Origin: Monocercomonoides exilis PA203 | Taxonomy: Eukaryota > Protista > Preaxostyla | Direction: 5' to 3' | Assembly (NCBI GenBank): GCA_001643675.2 | Contig: LSRY02000056.1 | Location: 62,001-126,000, forward strand | Length of the DNA stretch: 64,000 nucleotides | Made by a program: the position numbers and the translations under genes | Shown here: one piece after another, positions 25,510 to 39,599 of the stretch | Layout: each line of letters opens with the position of its first letter | How positions within the stretch are numbered: the stretch's first letter is position 1 | The notes under the pieces: model-generated | What the model saw: only the letters and a program-made list of their open reading frames with translations | Databases searched by the model: none | What the model was told of the DNA's origin: nothing

Positions 25510-26274
25510 AAATTCTGGAAATTTCGGACAAATTATTGTCTTTTTTGCATATATTGATTTATCTTATTTGTGACATTTTCATGAAATGAAAGTGCAAAAT
25601 GGAAAAATGGAAAAATAAATTCGAAACAGCTTTAACAAAAGCGTGTTTTTTATTCTTTTTTACGTGAAATTCTATCTGTCATTGAGAATAATTATGCTTT
25701 GTAATTCTTTTATGTGTATCATTTCCATAAATGGTATTTTGTTTATAGAGTATATTTTATTATGCTTTTTTTTTAGAAATTAATTTTTCGCTTTTGAAAA
25801 GATTATTTCCAGTAATCATAATATTATTATCCGAATCTTAATCATTTCATTATCATTGTGACACTACTCATTGAGTTTCTGTTCGGTTTGAGGTACTTTT
25901 TCGTTCATTTTTCGTTAGGCGCACAATTTTTTTTGTTTTACTAGACTTTTTTGTAAAAAGAAAATTTTACAAGAAACATTTTGCGTTCATGTTTTGTTTT
26001 TGATGCTGAATAGAAAATTTCATTTCAATGCGTTGACATAGAAAATAAATTTGTTTGTTGCCACAAAATATCTATTCCGAAAGTCTTTTTTCAATGTTAA
26101 TTCAAAATGTGAAATTCTGAATATATGCTAGAGATATTCTTCAAAAAATTATGAATTTCAGTTTTCAAATGAGATGGCAAATGTTTTGTTCAGTTTTTTT
26201 TCATTATCGCAATCTTTAATAAAAAATTGATCAAACCTATTATTATATTAGTTGATAATAAATATTCCAGATTA

Positions 26275-28214
26275 ATGAGTACAGAGAATGCTCCTGAAGT
26301 TAATGATGCAATGCCACTTCAAAATAAATGTAATGAAACAAATGGAAAGGAAAAGCATGAACCCGAATTTGATCAAGAGCAGATAGATGTTTATGAGAAT
26401 TTTTGGAGTGTTTTGGGGTACATTAAGATAGTAATAATCGGATGTATTTTGCTTCCAATTAGAGTCGTTTTGTGGGTCATTTCCTTCATTTTGTATATTC
26501 TCATTCTTTTATTCTTTGTTTGGTGCTTACCAGAAAAAGGTTTGAATAAAAAACTTTTTTTAAGAATTAATTATTTCTAAATTTCGAAGATGAGCCTATC
26601 GGAAAGGTTCGTGGTACCCTTTGGAGATTTTTCACTCGGATATGGGCTAGATTTATCCTTCTTTGCATGGGATACTATTGGGTTCCTCATAAAGGAAAAC
26701 TCTATCGGGATTGTAAAATAATCGTTGCAAATCATACGTCATCCCAAGAAATTTTGTATACTGCTTGGGTTTATATGCCGTCTTTTGTCATTGCAGAGTT
26801 CGTCATATCAAAGCCAATTTTGCAACATTTGGCAAAGCTAAATATGGCTGTTGCTGTAAATAGACACAAAGGTGGAAATAGCAGCTCATTCAAGGATCTT
26901 GTGGAACGAAGGGTAAATGATAAAAGATTTCCTCGAATATTGATATTTCCTGAAGGAAGTACGAGTAACGGCACTCGAATTGCTCACTTTCATTCCGGAG
27001 CATTTATAACTGGCAATCCTGTGCACCCACTTGTCATTGATCATCACTACATTTGGAATGATCCAACATGGTCCTTGTACAATGTGTTTAGACATTTGGC
27101 ACTGTTATTTTCTCAATTAACAAGTTGGATGTCTGTCAAATCACTACCAGTGTACTATCCATCGCCTGCAGAAAAGGCTCATCCAAAGTACTATGCCTGG
27201 AATGTGAAGAATCTAATTGCGCGAGTTGGAGGGAAAGGAATCTCATACTTAACATTGAAGGAGAAGACGCAATGGGAAAAAACAAGAGATAAGATACCTG
27301 TTCTGAAGCAGCCTCGCCCGAGAAATATTCAAAAAGAAGTTGCGCAAAAGATTAAAGATGGAGAAGCAATACGGAAAAGGAGAGAGGAAAGAAGCAAAAA
27401 GAGAGAGAAAGAACTCAAAGATATTGAAGAAGGCAGGATTTTGGACGAGCAAATGTTGTCAGATGAGGATCGTTCCTCAAACAGTGAAGCATATGAGGAA
27501 CAGGAATTTGATGAACTTACTTATTGTATGTATTCCTTGATTAATATGAAATCTTTTTAACTTTTTCTGAAATTTGATTTTTTTGTAACTGATTTGTTTG
27601 AAACAACTCAATTGCTTTCGATCAATATAGACATTCCGCCAGAAGCAATGGACACCTCAAAAGATGAATTTCATTCAAACGCCGTTCTTCCTCCACCAGC
27701 CATTCTCAACTGGATTGAATCTCTTGGGAATTCGTCTGCTGGCACAACATTTGCACGCTCTGTTCCAAAGCCTCCGGCATCGATGAGAGGATGGAGCCCA
27801 TATGTGAAGCAGGATGATATTAGAAGAAGCGACAATGCCAAAGAAAGAAAAGATGAAGAGGCAATAGCTGAAGAAGGAAGCTCAAGCAGCAGTGCATCTA
27901 ATGTTAATGAGACAAAAGAAAATGTGATGGCTGAGAAAGACAATCAAATGCAAAAAATAGATTACGGAAAAAGCAATGAATTGGATCTGACTCCAGAGGA
28001 TTTCACACCTTCTCCGCTTTATCTTCTCACCAAAGGCAATCAATCTGGAGAAAAGAACGAAACGCCACAAAATGTGTATCAGGCCCAGCAAATTGTGGAG
28101 GATGGGGAAGGAAACAAAGAATCTAATTCTCAAAATGATACTTCTTCTTCCTCTTCCTCTTCCTCTACCTCTTCTTCCTCCTCAACGTCTGCTTCGAGTT
28201 CTGAACAACTTTGA
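26275..28214 (+). CDS. Lysophospholipid acyltransferase, LPCAT/AGPAT (PlsC) family, three exons
   Basis: N-terminal TM (IIGCILLPIRVVL), IIVANHTS motif I, RILIFPEGSTSNG motif III, FHSGAF..G.PVHP, LPVYYPS. Confidence 0.85.
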
Positions 28215-29282
28215 AGAGGAATATGAATAATTATGCCTTTTGGCATTGAGAATAAGTGTATTTACAAAGTCATTTCGTTCGAAGAGAAAATTATGTATCT
28301 ATTTAAGTTTTCGTTTTGATTTTCCACTCTTGCATTTTTCAATGAAGATTTGTGTTTTATAATCATTCATCAGCTTCTTACTTCCAGCAACATTTTTTTA
28401 TCGATCATATTTCCACATTTTTGTGATTAACTAATCATGAATTTCACTTCTCTTGTTTTTGTTGTTTTTTCACATCAATTTAGTAATGGCATAATTACAA
28501 AGGAAAAGATCGAAGATCTCCTTTTATAAACAAGAAGACAATGTTCATTCAAAAAAAAAGTTTGTTTATTTTTGCTAAAATGCAACATTACAAAAATAAT
28601 AATAAAAATAAAAATAAAAATAAAAATAAAAATAAAAAATGAAATGAAGTTGAGAAATATCAAAGACATGTTTGAGGATGAGAATAAGTGTTGTTAGGAA
28701 CATAATGCCCAATGAAAATATGAAATACAAAATTACATTTTTGAAAATGATAAGAAACTGTTTGTATCAATTTATAAAATGCGACTCATCGAAAAAAGAT
28801 ATAAAAACACTATTTACACGAAATAAAATGAAATAAACAAGAAAACTGTATGAGCTCATATTTCAGTCAACAAGATTGCTGCTTCATTGCAAGGTTAATA
28901 GACAAGAAGACTGAATGTATAAAAACAAATAAATAATCCATCAAAACATTTTTAAATTCAGTTAGAAAATCACCAAAACAAAAGTGGAAAAGAAAAATCT
29001 TCAAAAAAAATTGTTCGTGTGCCTTCGTCATCTCTACGAAGCACTGGAAATACCTGCAAAAACAAGCAAAACGGAAACAAGAAGCTCAAACAAATAACAA
29101 TATTTAATTTAAAATGCACATCATAATATTAAAAAAATGTTAATTGGCAACAATTTCCTTTTCAAAAACTAGAAGTCAATGAACATTTAAAAATGAAAAA
29201 AAAATGAAAAATGAAAATTAAACGCAAACAAGATATTCAATATATAAAAGAGGAATGAACTCAATCATTGTACAGAGAAAGC

Positions 29283-32200
29283 TTATTGTGTTTTTGGAGG
29301 CCCAGACCAAGGGACAGCCTTAGCTCCTTTGATGGGATAGACAGACGTGTTGTAGATGTTCAAAATAGACAGAACTTTCACAGTTGCTGAGGGTTCACTC
29401 AGATATGCCTGGGGGAGGGGGGGATGGGGGTTAAAAAAAGAAGTAATACGGGTAAAAATGATTGGTTTTGTGGGAGATGACATATGAAAAGAAAAATGTT
29501 GTTGGAATAACACATGTTTCAATTACAACAACAAGTTATTATTTTGTGATTTGCAAATGAATAATTCGTTAATTGAAAATAGAAAAGGAAAAGAAAAGAG
29601 TAAAAACACACCATAAACTTAATCTTTGGTGGAATATGCTTCAAAGCGATTGGCTGGATTGTATCATTCACAAACAAGTGCATCGTGTTCTGGTCTTTGT
29701 TGCAGTTCACTTCGATGGCTATTCTGTCTGAATTTCCATATTTCTGGTTCCCTCCCTTTGAACGCTTGTTGTGCGTCACTTGACCACTAAATATCAAAAA
29801 GACATCAAACATTACAAAAAATGTTCGATTTTGAAGGTGTAAATGTTCCAAAAATTGAAAATAAGAATCAAAAAATAACGTTTTTAAAAAAGGAGTTGAT
29901 GAATGTTAAATATAAAAACAAAAGCAAACGTCTTTCCATTGTATATTCCGCTTTCTGATGAAATAGAAATAATAATTCGTTATTCAAATAAATGAAGAAC
30001 ACAATGAAAGAAATAAAGGTGCAAACGAGTGTCGCTTCCAGGATCATATCCTGCGGTTGGCACAAACGTTGTTGGAACTATCCCAATTCCTGTGTTATTT
30101 TTTAAATGGTTGATGAGAAAGAACAATTAATAACAGAAATGGCATCACATATGCACGATTAATAATCAACACACACAAAATGTACAATTCAAAATAAAAT
30201 TTAAAAAAAAAGTTGCTCTTTTCCCTCAAATTTGTCAAAGTTTGAGAGAAAAGAAGAAAAACAGAAGGATTCATTTAGCAAACCGTATTTTTCAGTGCAT
30301 CCGTCAAACATCCACTCGCAACGCCAAATGCCCTGTGTGATTGGATACTCAACGATGACAACAGTAACACCAGGCGAAGCAAGACTAACTCCACTCAGAA
30401 ATGGAACATGAGGAGAAGAGGAAGAAGAGGAAGAGGAAGGAGATGGAGTTGATGATGATGAAGAGGAGGAGGAGGATGATGATGAAGTGGAATCATCTCT
30501 GAAGACAGACAGGTCTTTTGTTTGGTTGTTATGGATGAATGTGACTTGAGACACCCGATGGATGATAGCATCTGCAAAGCATACAGTTCATTGATAGATT
30601 ATTAGAAAAAAAAGAAATAAATAAATAAAATAAAATAAAATAAAATAAAATAAAATAAAAAAACAAACGAAATGCGATTCTTCTGGGGATAGCTTCCTGA
30701 ATGCCTGGGAGTGGAACAGAGCCATCTTCATAGACAGAACGCTGTCTTTCGTGGCGAATGAGCTTCTGCGGAGACAGCCCTGCTGGCTGCTCAGAGGAAA
30801 CCTCAGCCACTTTGTCAGATGCTTCACCTGTGGGTGTGGCTGGAGATGATGATGATGATAAAGATGATGAAGATGAAGAAGATGATGATGATGCAACATC
30901 AAATTCTTCTTCAGCTGATGGAATAACCAGCCCTTCAAGTTCATTCTTCTCCTCTTTTTCTTTTTCTTTTCCTTTTTCTTCGTTGGCTTTTGATTCTTCG
31001 TTTGTTGTTGCTTTCTCTTCTATCTTTTCGTCTTTCTCTTTTTGAATAACCGATTTTTCCTCCTCTTTCTTGTCGTCTTCAGCTGCTTCGTCTGTTTGTT
31101 TGTCTTCTTCTTCCTTTTTCTTCTTCTCTTCCTCTTCCTTTCTTAAACGTTCCTCTTCTTCTTCTTCTTTCTTCTTTCTTTCTTCTTCCTCTTTTCTTTT
31201 CTTTTCTTCCTCTTCTTCTTTCTTCTTTCTATCTTCTTCTTCTTTCTTCAATCTTTCTTCTTCTTCTTTTCTCTTTCTCTCTTTCTCCTCTTCTTCTCGC
31301 TTTATTCTTTCTTCTTCTTCTTTCTTCTTCCTTTCTTCCTCTTCTTTCCTTGCCTTTTCGGCTTCTTCTTCCTTTCTCTTCTTCTCTTCTTCCTCTTTTC
31401 TAATTCGTTCTTCTTCTTCCCGCTTTAATCTTTCCTCCTCTTCCTTCTTCTTTCTTTCTTCTTCTTCTTTTCTCAATCTCTCTTCTTCCTCTTTCCTCTT
31501 CTTTTCCTCTTCTTCCTTTCTCAATCGTTCTTCTTCTTCCTTTCTCTTTCTCTCTTCTTCTTCTTTCTTCTTCCTCTCTTCCTCTTCTTTTCTTAAACGT
31601 TCTTCCTCTTCCTTTCGTTTTCTCTCTTCTTCTTCCTTCCTCTTTCTTTCCTCTTCTTCTTCTTTCTTCTTCTTCTCTTCTTCTTCTTCTTTACGTTTTC
31701 TTTCCTCTTCTTCCTTCCTTTTCCTTTCTTCCTCTTCCTGCTTCAGCCTTTCTTCTTCTTCTTTTCTTTTCTTTTCCTCTTCCTCTTTCTTCTTCCTTTC
31801 TTCTTCCTCCTTTCGTAATCGTTCCTCTTCTTCTTTCCTCTTTCTTTCCTCTTCTTCATTCTTGATTCTCTCTTCTTCTTCTCTTTTGATACGATCTTCT
31901 TCTTTTCTCTTTCTTTCTTCTTCCTCTTTTCGTAAGCGCTCCTCCTCTTCCTTCTTCTTTTTCTCTTCCTCCTCTTTTCTTTTTCTTTCTTCTTCTTCCT
32001 TCCTTTTTCTTTCTTTCTCTTCTTTCTCTCTCTTTATTCGTTCTTCTTCTTCTTTTCTCTTCTTCTCTTCTTCTTCTTTCTTTAACCTTTCTTCTTCTTC
32101 TTTCCTCAATCTTTCCTTCTCTTCTTTCTTCTTCCTTTCTTCTTCTTCCTTCCTCCTCCTCGCTTCTTCTGCTCTTCTAAAGCGCTCTTCTTCTTCTCTT

Positions 32201-33233
32201 CTTAATCTCTCTTCTTCTTCCTTCCTCCTTCTTTCCTCTTCTTCTCTCTTGGTACGTTCTTCCTCTTCTTTGCGTTTTCTCTCTTCTTCCTCCTTCCTCT
32301 TTCTCTCTTCTTCTTCCTTTCTCTTTCTTTCTTCTTCTTCCTTCCTCTTCCTCTCTTCCTCCTCTTTTCTCTTTCTTTCTTCTTCTTCCTTTCTTATTCT
32401 CTCTTCCTCTTCTCTCTTCTTTCTTGCTTCATCCTGCTCTTTTGCATATTTTTTCTTTTCATTTTCTAACGTCTCGAGCTTATTTTTATCTGCATCAATT
32501 TCTCCTGGAGTTGATTTATCGCCTACTGCAGCAGTTGCTATGTTATCTCGCGTTACTCCAACTTTTTCCGCCTTTTCTGTTTCCAATGAATTCAGTATTG
32601 ATGGAAATACAAGCTTTGGACTCTCTTCATCAATCTGATCAGTATGTGTAAATTCATCTCCTTTTAAAAGTGAACCATTATTATTTTTTTTATTTCTAGA
32701 ACGTGCAGCAGAAGATGAAGCCTTGCATTGATGTGGCATCGATTCTTCTTTTGATTTAAAATTACCATTGTCTTTTTGAATAGAATTATCGAGTGTAACA
32801 TATGGGCATTGATAAGAAGGTTCTTCTTCCTTTACTAAATTGTAATTTTTATTTTTTCTCCTTTAGAAATAAATGGATATTGTTATTATACAAAAAAGAA
32901 TCTTCTAATAAGTCAAACTTAAATAAAATCCAAACCTCTTTCGGTAACATACGCAAGCAATGATAGTAATTAATATTATGATGAAAGAAACTCCAATTCC
33001 AAGGCCTAATGATAATCCAAGAATAAGATTTTTGTCTGCATCCTCATTTGATGATTTTAAATAAAATTTTTGAAGTGAAAACAATTGTTCCCCAAAAGAA
33101 CTAAAAATATAGGAAGAAATACATATTAAAAAACATTGTAATTGAAAACATTTCAGTAATAAGAACGGAACAATTATGCAAGAAGTATTTAATTGTAATA
33201 TGTAAATAACCTTTTTTGTTGAACTCTTTCCAT
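29283..33233 (-). CDS. Single-pass membrane protein with long ER/K repeat helix and C-terminal beta-rich (SPRY/B30.2-like) domain, multi-exon
   Basis: Spliced reading MERVQQKS|SFGEQ...LILGLSLGLGIGVSFIIILITIIACVCYRKR|RKNKNY... joins the 30529..32739 ORF; the C-terminal exons give GIWRCEWMF, GIGIV, GNQKYGNSDRIAIEVN, MHLFVNDTIQP, IPPKIKF. Confidence 0.7.
31090..32420 (-). repeat. Coding ER/K tandem repeat (about EEEERKRK)n, roughly 440 codons
   Basis: Nearly pure pyrimidine on the + strand; translates on - as alternating E4 and (K/R)4 blocks. Confidence 0.9.
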
Positions 33234-33411
33234 TTTAGAACTTCTAAACTTAATAAATAAAAATAAAATCAAAAATTGCTTTAATTTAAAAAGATATGAA
33301 TCGATCATACAATTCTTTATTGAAAAAAAAAGCAAATTATTCGTTTCAGAATATTCAAAAAAATTATTATAAAATTCACAGATCAAATAATTCGATCAAA
33401 AATTCTGTGAG

Positions 33412-35960
33412 ATGGTGTTTCAGAAAAAAGAAAAAGCCCAAAAAACACAAGAACTAGTTAGACCATCAAACACTTTATTCCCTGCTGTTATAACTTTAGT
33501 AACTTCAACATTAGGTGCAGGATTATTGGGAGTTCCTTTAGCTTACGCAAAATCAGGAATAGTTGTTGCTTTGATTATGAACATATTTGTACAAATTATA
33601 TCGTTCCTCTCAATGGTTATGGTGTTATATGTAACTGATGCTTCTGGTGTATATTCACTCGGAGGAGTTTGATTTTTAATTTTTTATTTTTATTGTTATA
33701 ATTTTCAAATTTTTCGAATAATGATTAGCTAACTGCCAAATACTTTGGAGGATGGGGACTTATACTTGTTGAATGTTGTACATTTATGTTTTGTTTTGGA
33801 TGTCTTTGGGCTTATGTGATTTTGATTAGTGACTTTGTCCCCTCTTTACTACGTTTGGCGGGGCTTAATCCGAATTCTATATTTGCCCAACCTTGGTTTA
33901 CAGTTATTGTATTTGGCTTGTTTATTCTTCAACCCCTTTCGTGGTTTCGATCGATGGAAGCCTTAAAGTTTACATCATTTCTTGGGACAGCGTCAATGGC
34001 ATTTTGTATTGTTGTTATTATCATACGATGCTTTAATCATACGCCTTCAATGGGACAAACGCCAGCCGCTGAACTTGTCCATCCGAGTATAAAAATGATT
34101 CAGACTTTTTCAACTTTGATATTTTCGATATGCTGCCATCAGAATGTTCCGTTGGTGATGGGAGGACTAAAAGGACGTTCACGAGAGACGATGATAAAAG
34201 TGACTATTGTGCAGTCGCTGATTGTTGGCTTGTTGTACATCTCAGCAGGGGCCTTTGGATACATGTGCTTCACAACTGGGTTTTTCAGCTCGTCTCACGC
34301 AGGGAATATTTTGATCATGTTTGATGACCATGATGTGCTGGCAGTTGTAGCGCGTGCTGCTTCTTTGGTGACTGTTACGTTCTGTTTTCCTGTGCAGATG
34401 TTGCCGGCTCGTCTTGCACTGAAGAACATTGGAACGATGATATATCGAGCTTATAAGAGCATGAAGAAGGAGAAAGAGAAGAGAAAGAGAGAAGAAGAAA
34501 GGAATAAAAGAAGAGAGAAAGAAGCAGAAGCAAAAAGGAAATGGGAAGAAGAATTGAACAATGCTTCAGTTAGTCAAGAGCGTCGAATGGAGAATGATGA
34601 AAATGAGCCGAATGAAAATGAACAGGAAGATGATGATAAGACAGATGAAGACAGATTGATGGTGGATCAATCAGTTCAGCTGAAGATGAAACGAAAGGAA
34701 GATTCAAAGGAAAAAACAGCAAAACAGAACATTTCATATTTCAGAATTGTAAAGCCTAAAAGGAAACTTGTGACTCAGCCGGTTAATAACGATGCAGAAA
34801 TGCTAAAGAATATGCAGTCATATCAAAGAGCAGATGCATATTCAACTGCTGAACAACCAAATAACTCATCTCCTTCTCCTGTTTCTTCACCCTCTTCTTC
34901 TCTTTCTTCTTCTCCTTCTTCAACTCGAAAGAGATCGCACACACTTACCAATCTTTTTGACGATGTTGCTCTGCCAGCGCCTTCGTTTGCATCGATCTTT
35001 GCAGACGAGGCAGCTGTTGTGGAGAACGAAGATTATGCAGTGGAGACGGGATATGAGTTCATCGGAGGGGACATTCTGCCTGATGCTGTGTCACTGTCTG
35101 TGAATGATGACTACGAATACGAAGGTGCTGATGACGATGAAGGAGATGATGGAGATGGTGATGGACTGAAAGGGAAAAGCAGAAAGGGAAGGGGAATGCG
35201 GCTGATGCTACCAGATGAAGGAGAAGATGAGATGTTCCCTTCGTGGAATCTGGTAAGTGAAAGCGAAGAGAAGAAGAAAGAGAGAGAAGACAAAGAAAAA
35301 GCAGGATTAGCAGAAAAGCATTTTGTTGCTGGCGAAAACAAAACAGATGGAGAAGAAAAAGCAGACAGCGCAGAAAAGAGCTTGGAGCACTTTTTGGAGT
35401 CAGATGAAAATTTGAAGAAGACAGAGACAGTCGAAATGTCATTGGAGCCTTTGTCTCCTTCTTCTTCTTCTTCTTCCAATCACACCCCAAATTCTCTCTC
35501 GTCAAACACTTCTTCTTCTACTACTACTACTACTGCATCCACAGCAAACAAATGTCTTTCACGTGACTTGATCATTTCTTGTGTGATGGGCTCATCGCTC
35601 ACTGTCATTGCGATGATTTTGGGGTATTTCATTCCGCAGGTGAATCTTGTGTTTGACATCGTTGGCTCGACAGCAGGAGTGGCTATTGTGTGTCTGTTTC
35701 CTGCTGCACTGCTGCTGAAGCTCATCAGCAATCCACACAAATATGTCACAAGGAAGCGATACTACGACCCGTCAGATGCTGAGTGTGTGTGGAAGAACCA
35801 GAAGAGAATCAAGCAGCTGCTGCGCCAGAAAAGGAAAGGGTGTTCGCTAAAGAAATGCGGTGGGGTGGCATTTCTTGTGTTTGGCATTTTGATGGGCCTT
35901 GCGTCTTTGGCGATGGCACTTTTGTTTGATACATCGCTGGGAAATAATGTTGAGTTTTAA
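33412..35960 (+). CDS. Amino-acid transporter, AAAP/SLC38 (Aa_trans) family, two exons
   Basis: TLVTSTLGAGLLGVPLAY..SG, QPLSWFRSMEALKFTS, FSICCHQNVP, GAFGYMCF, FCFPV, VFDIVGSTAG..LFPA; about 11 hydrophobic segments. Confidence 0.9.
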
Positions 35961-36619
35961 GTGTGAAATAAATGTTTACATATTATAACTGAGTTTTTAT
36001 TCATTTTGTGTGTTTTTGGTTCGGACGTGCTTTATTTTTCAGCAGATGTCACAAGCTTGTTTGTGATGTCATCTATTTGTAATTACTTCTCATTTGTTGC
36101 TTGTTCTATTAAAGTTAAGTTCCGTTGAAAAATGTTACTTTTAATTTTTTTTTTTTTGAATTTTTGTTTAATTTTATTTATTTTTATTTTTATTTTATTT
36201 TTGATTTTTTTCTAGAGTTTGCATCATTGATGAATTGCATTGTATTTTTGATGTTTCTTTATTTGTTTAATGTTGCCACTTTATGTTGATATGTGGCTAT
36301 TTTCTTTTTGTTTTGCTGGAGTTTTGGCAAAACTTGTAAAAATAATATTTTTCACTTAATATGCATGTAATAATAATATTGTTTGTTTCAAAATTCCTAT
36401 GAAATGAAATTTTGGGTAAATTTTTTGCTTTTTCGAAAAAAAAAAAAACAGCGATTTGTTTCAAACTTTTTCCACTTCCATAATAATAAGTCTAATGCTA
36501 TTGTGTAAAAAAAATATGGAAAAATTATGAAAAGCAAAAAGATTCAAAAATGTTGGATGGAACAAAATTTTGATTGCAAAATATTCCTTCCCATATAAAA
36601 ATAAAATACAAAAAATCAG

Positions 36620-39590
36620 ATGAACAGTCTCATATTCTTTCATTGTTTTTCCCTCATTCTCATATCAAAAGTAACATATGAATTCTCCTTGGTACAGTCT
36701 TATGAAATGCAAAGAATTTGTTCGAGAAGGCAATTTCTTGGAAATCATCTTTGCGATCTTTACGTGCATAAAAATAGCAATCTTTTATCTTTTGATGCAT
36801 ATAAGACAACAAATATTTCAAAAGATTTTTCAATTGCAAAAGAATTCTTTCCATCATTGTTTACATCAGTAAATACTGTTCTCATAATGGGGAATTGCTC
36901 AATCGAACTTAAATCATCAATGCTTCTTTCTTCATCAAAACCATTAGCAATAATCAGCAAGCAATCTCATCTCTGTTTGAATGAGAGCATCACTCAGCAA
37001 AAATTAACATCTTTGTTCCAAATGCAAAGTGGGTCAATTTGTTTCACAAACATGACTTAAATCCCCCAAGAGAGTCTTAACCCATCCGGTATCATATTTT
37101 CATCTGATGATTCCAATTCAGCCATTTTGAGCAATTCTGTCATTGCAGGCCTGGCTGTTTCAGCTTCAGATATTTCCTGTTGTATGGAAAGAGCAAAATC
37201 GAACAAATTGATAATTGTGCCTTCAGGAACATGACTGTGAAATATTCCTCGAATAGCGATCATTTTGTGGAACATTCATGTTTTCGAAGTTCAATTGAGA
37301 ACTGCCTCATTTATTCGTGTGTGAATGTCTTTGAAGGAGGGATATCGAGTGGATCGTTTTCTTTACATGAATTTATTTGCAAAAACGCAACCACACATTT
37401 TGGGAAAAGAGAAACGAATGACCTTCAAAGAAAAGAACAAATTAACACAACAGTAAGCCAATCCTTTTCATTGTGTGAATGTGAAGATTGCACATCCCCA
37501 TATGGAGGCGCTCTTTATGTGCATGACAATGCAAGTGCCATTTTCACAGTTGAAAATTCTTCATTTTTAAGATGCAATGCTTCTTCGACAATTGGAGGTG
37601 GAATTTATGCTTGGAAAATTGCTAAATGCATCGTGCAACGTACGTCATTCACTCAATGTTCGTCTGCAGCAACCACATACTTTGGAGGTGGAGGAATAAT
37701 GGTCGATAATGTTTATACCCAATCAGTTGTTGACGATTGTTTATTTTATAATTGCTCTTCAGCTGATGATGGAGGAGCTATATATTTTTATCAAACAAAA
37801 ACAGAAAGGCAGAAAGTGTGCGTCGTGAATTCCTTTTATGATAACTGTCGATGCAACTCTTCAATAAATGGTGCAGGAGGGGCAATTATTCATTGGACCC
37901 CTTCAGATAAAGTTGCTATTTCAAATTGTTTATTTTGTCATTGCTATGCAAGGTGTTGGGGAGGAGCTGTATGCATTGAAATAAATGCATATAATTACGG
38001 AACATTATTATTTTTCTGCTTATTTCACAACAACACTTGTAGAAAATTAGGAAATGATTTATCTCTGCAAGGCTCAACGTCAAATAACATTGATCCAACC
38101 TGCTATTCAACCGGCCAAACAACAAACAGAGTTTGTACAAATTTTTATTCAAACGTTGATCACAGTGAATGGCTTCGCAATGATTTTGGAAATGTGAGAT
38201 TTGTCTCATCAACTGATTCACAACCAAAAGGCAACGACACATATGCGTGTGGAATTTATGAATCTTATCCATGCAGCACGATCAGTCGTTGCCTCACACA
38301 ACTCATTCCAGACTTGGTTCCCAATGTCGAAATATCTTCGGGAACGATAATCGAAACAAATAGTTTTGATTGTGGAGTCAATGCTTTTACTGTTAATGGC
38401 CAAAGCAATATGAGCACAGCAATCCAAACAGAACAAGAGGCTGGTGGTTTGCCTCTTTTTTCAGTCTCAACAGGCACATTGACAGTCAGGGACTTTATTA
38501 TTGTGCATGACTCAGTTCATTCAAATAATCAAGTCTCAAAGCTAATTGAGATAAGTGGAGCAGGAGGAATGAGGATCAGCAGACTGAACATGTCTTCTGG
38601 AAGCGGACAATCAACAGAAACAGCATTTTCGACAGAACTGATAAATGTCCAGAATGGGATGTTTCAGATGGAACATGTGAACTGGTCAATGACTATTTCC
38701 ACAAATTCACTGTTTTCGCTTTCTTCAACAAATGAGATTTCGTTGACGCTTTCAGAATGCGCTTTTGATGGAATAGAAAGAACAACAAGAGGAGCAGCTG
38801 TGATGTCATTTTCCAACGATAAGACTAACGTTGATCTGAATTCTTGTTCATTTTTGGGATGTGGAAGCACAAGTTCAGAGAATGGAGGATCGATGATGTT
38901 ATGTGCAGGAGAAGCAAATGAAGTGAAAGTGGAAGGTGGGACGTTTGAAGGGTGTTTTTGCTCTGCATCGTATGTCATGGGGGAGGAATCCTTCTCCAGC
39001 TATTGAATGCAAACCCCAATTTCCAGATATCCTCCGAATTCGGAACAAACACAGCCAAATGGGGGAATGATATCTTTGTCATTTCACCCAATCTGGAAGA
39101 AACAGCAAAATCAGAAAACATCACATGTGAGACAGCCACCTTGAACTCTGTTGACAAAGTGAGAGGATACGACAATGAAAACACGAATGTAGCCATTCCT
39201 CTCTGCATCTATCTCCTTCCCTCTCCAGAAGAAATATATGCTAGAAGCACCGAGTCGTCTGATCATTCGCACTGTGGAATTGTCCAATTCCCTTGTTTGA
39301 CAATGAAGCACTCTCAAGCACGTCAAACAGGAATAAAGATAGTGACTGTGAATAGAATGATTTTAATGAACAATAAATTGACATTTGAAGAACGGAAACA
39401 TGAAATCAAAGGAAATGATGATGAAAGTGGATGGACAGTCTCCGATGCAAGTTTAACACTGGACTCAGCGATGATTTCAGCAAATGTTGAAACGGAATTA
39501 TCAAAATTCATCTTCTCTCTTCCATCATCTATTTTTCTTCGCTCCATTTTCATTCTCTCTTCATCATCATCTCTTCTTCTTCTATTCCAA
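36620..39590 (+). pseudogene. Disrupted, 3'-truncated beta-helix (Pmp-like, GGA/GGG repeat) surface-receptor paralogue
   Basis: GGALY/GGGIY/GGAIY repeats, ACGIYESYPCSTI and HSHCGIVQFPCLT modules and IPLCIYL resemble the 47659 protein; in-frame TAA at 37058-37060; frameshifts near 37170 and 38975; no TM or kinase part. Confidence 0.75.
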
Positions 39591-39599
39591 ACACAAAAA

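Noticed and set aside
31070-32638. 522-aa Ser/Phe ORF on the + strand
   Set aside because: Antisense shadow of the ER/K repeat; pyrimidine runs lack stop codons.
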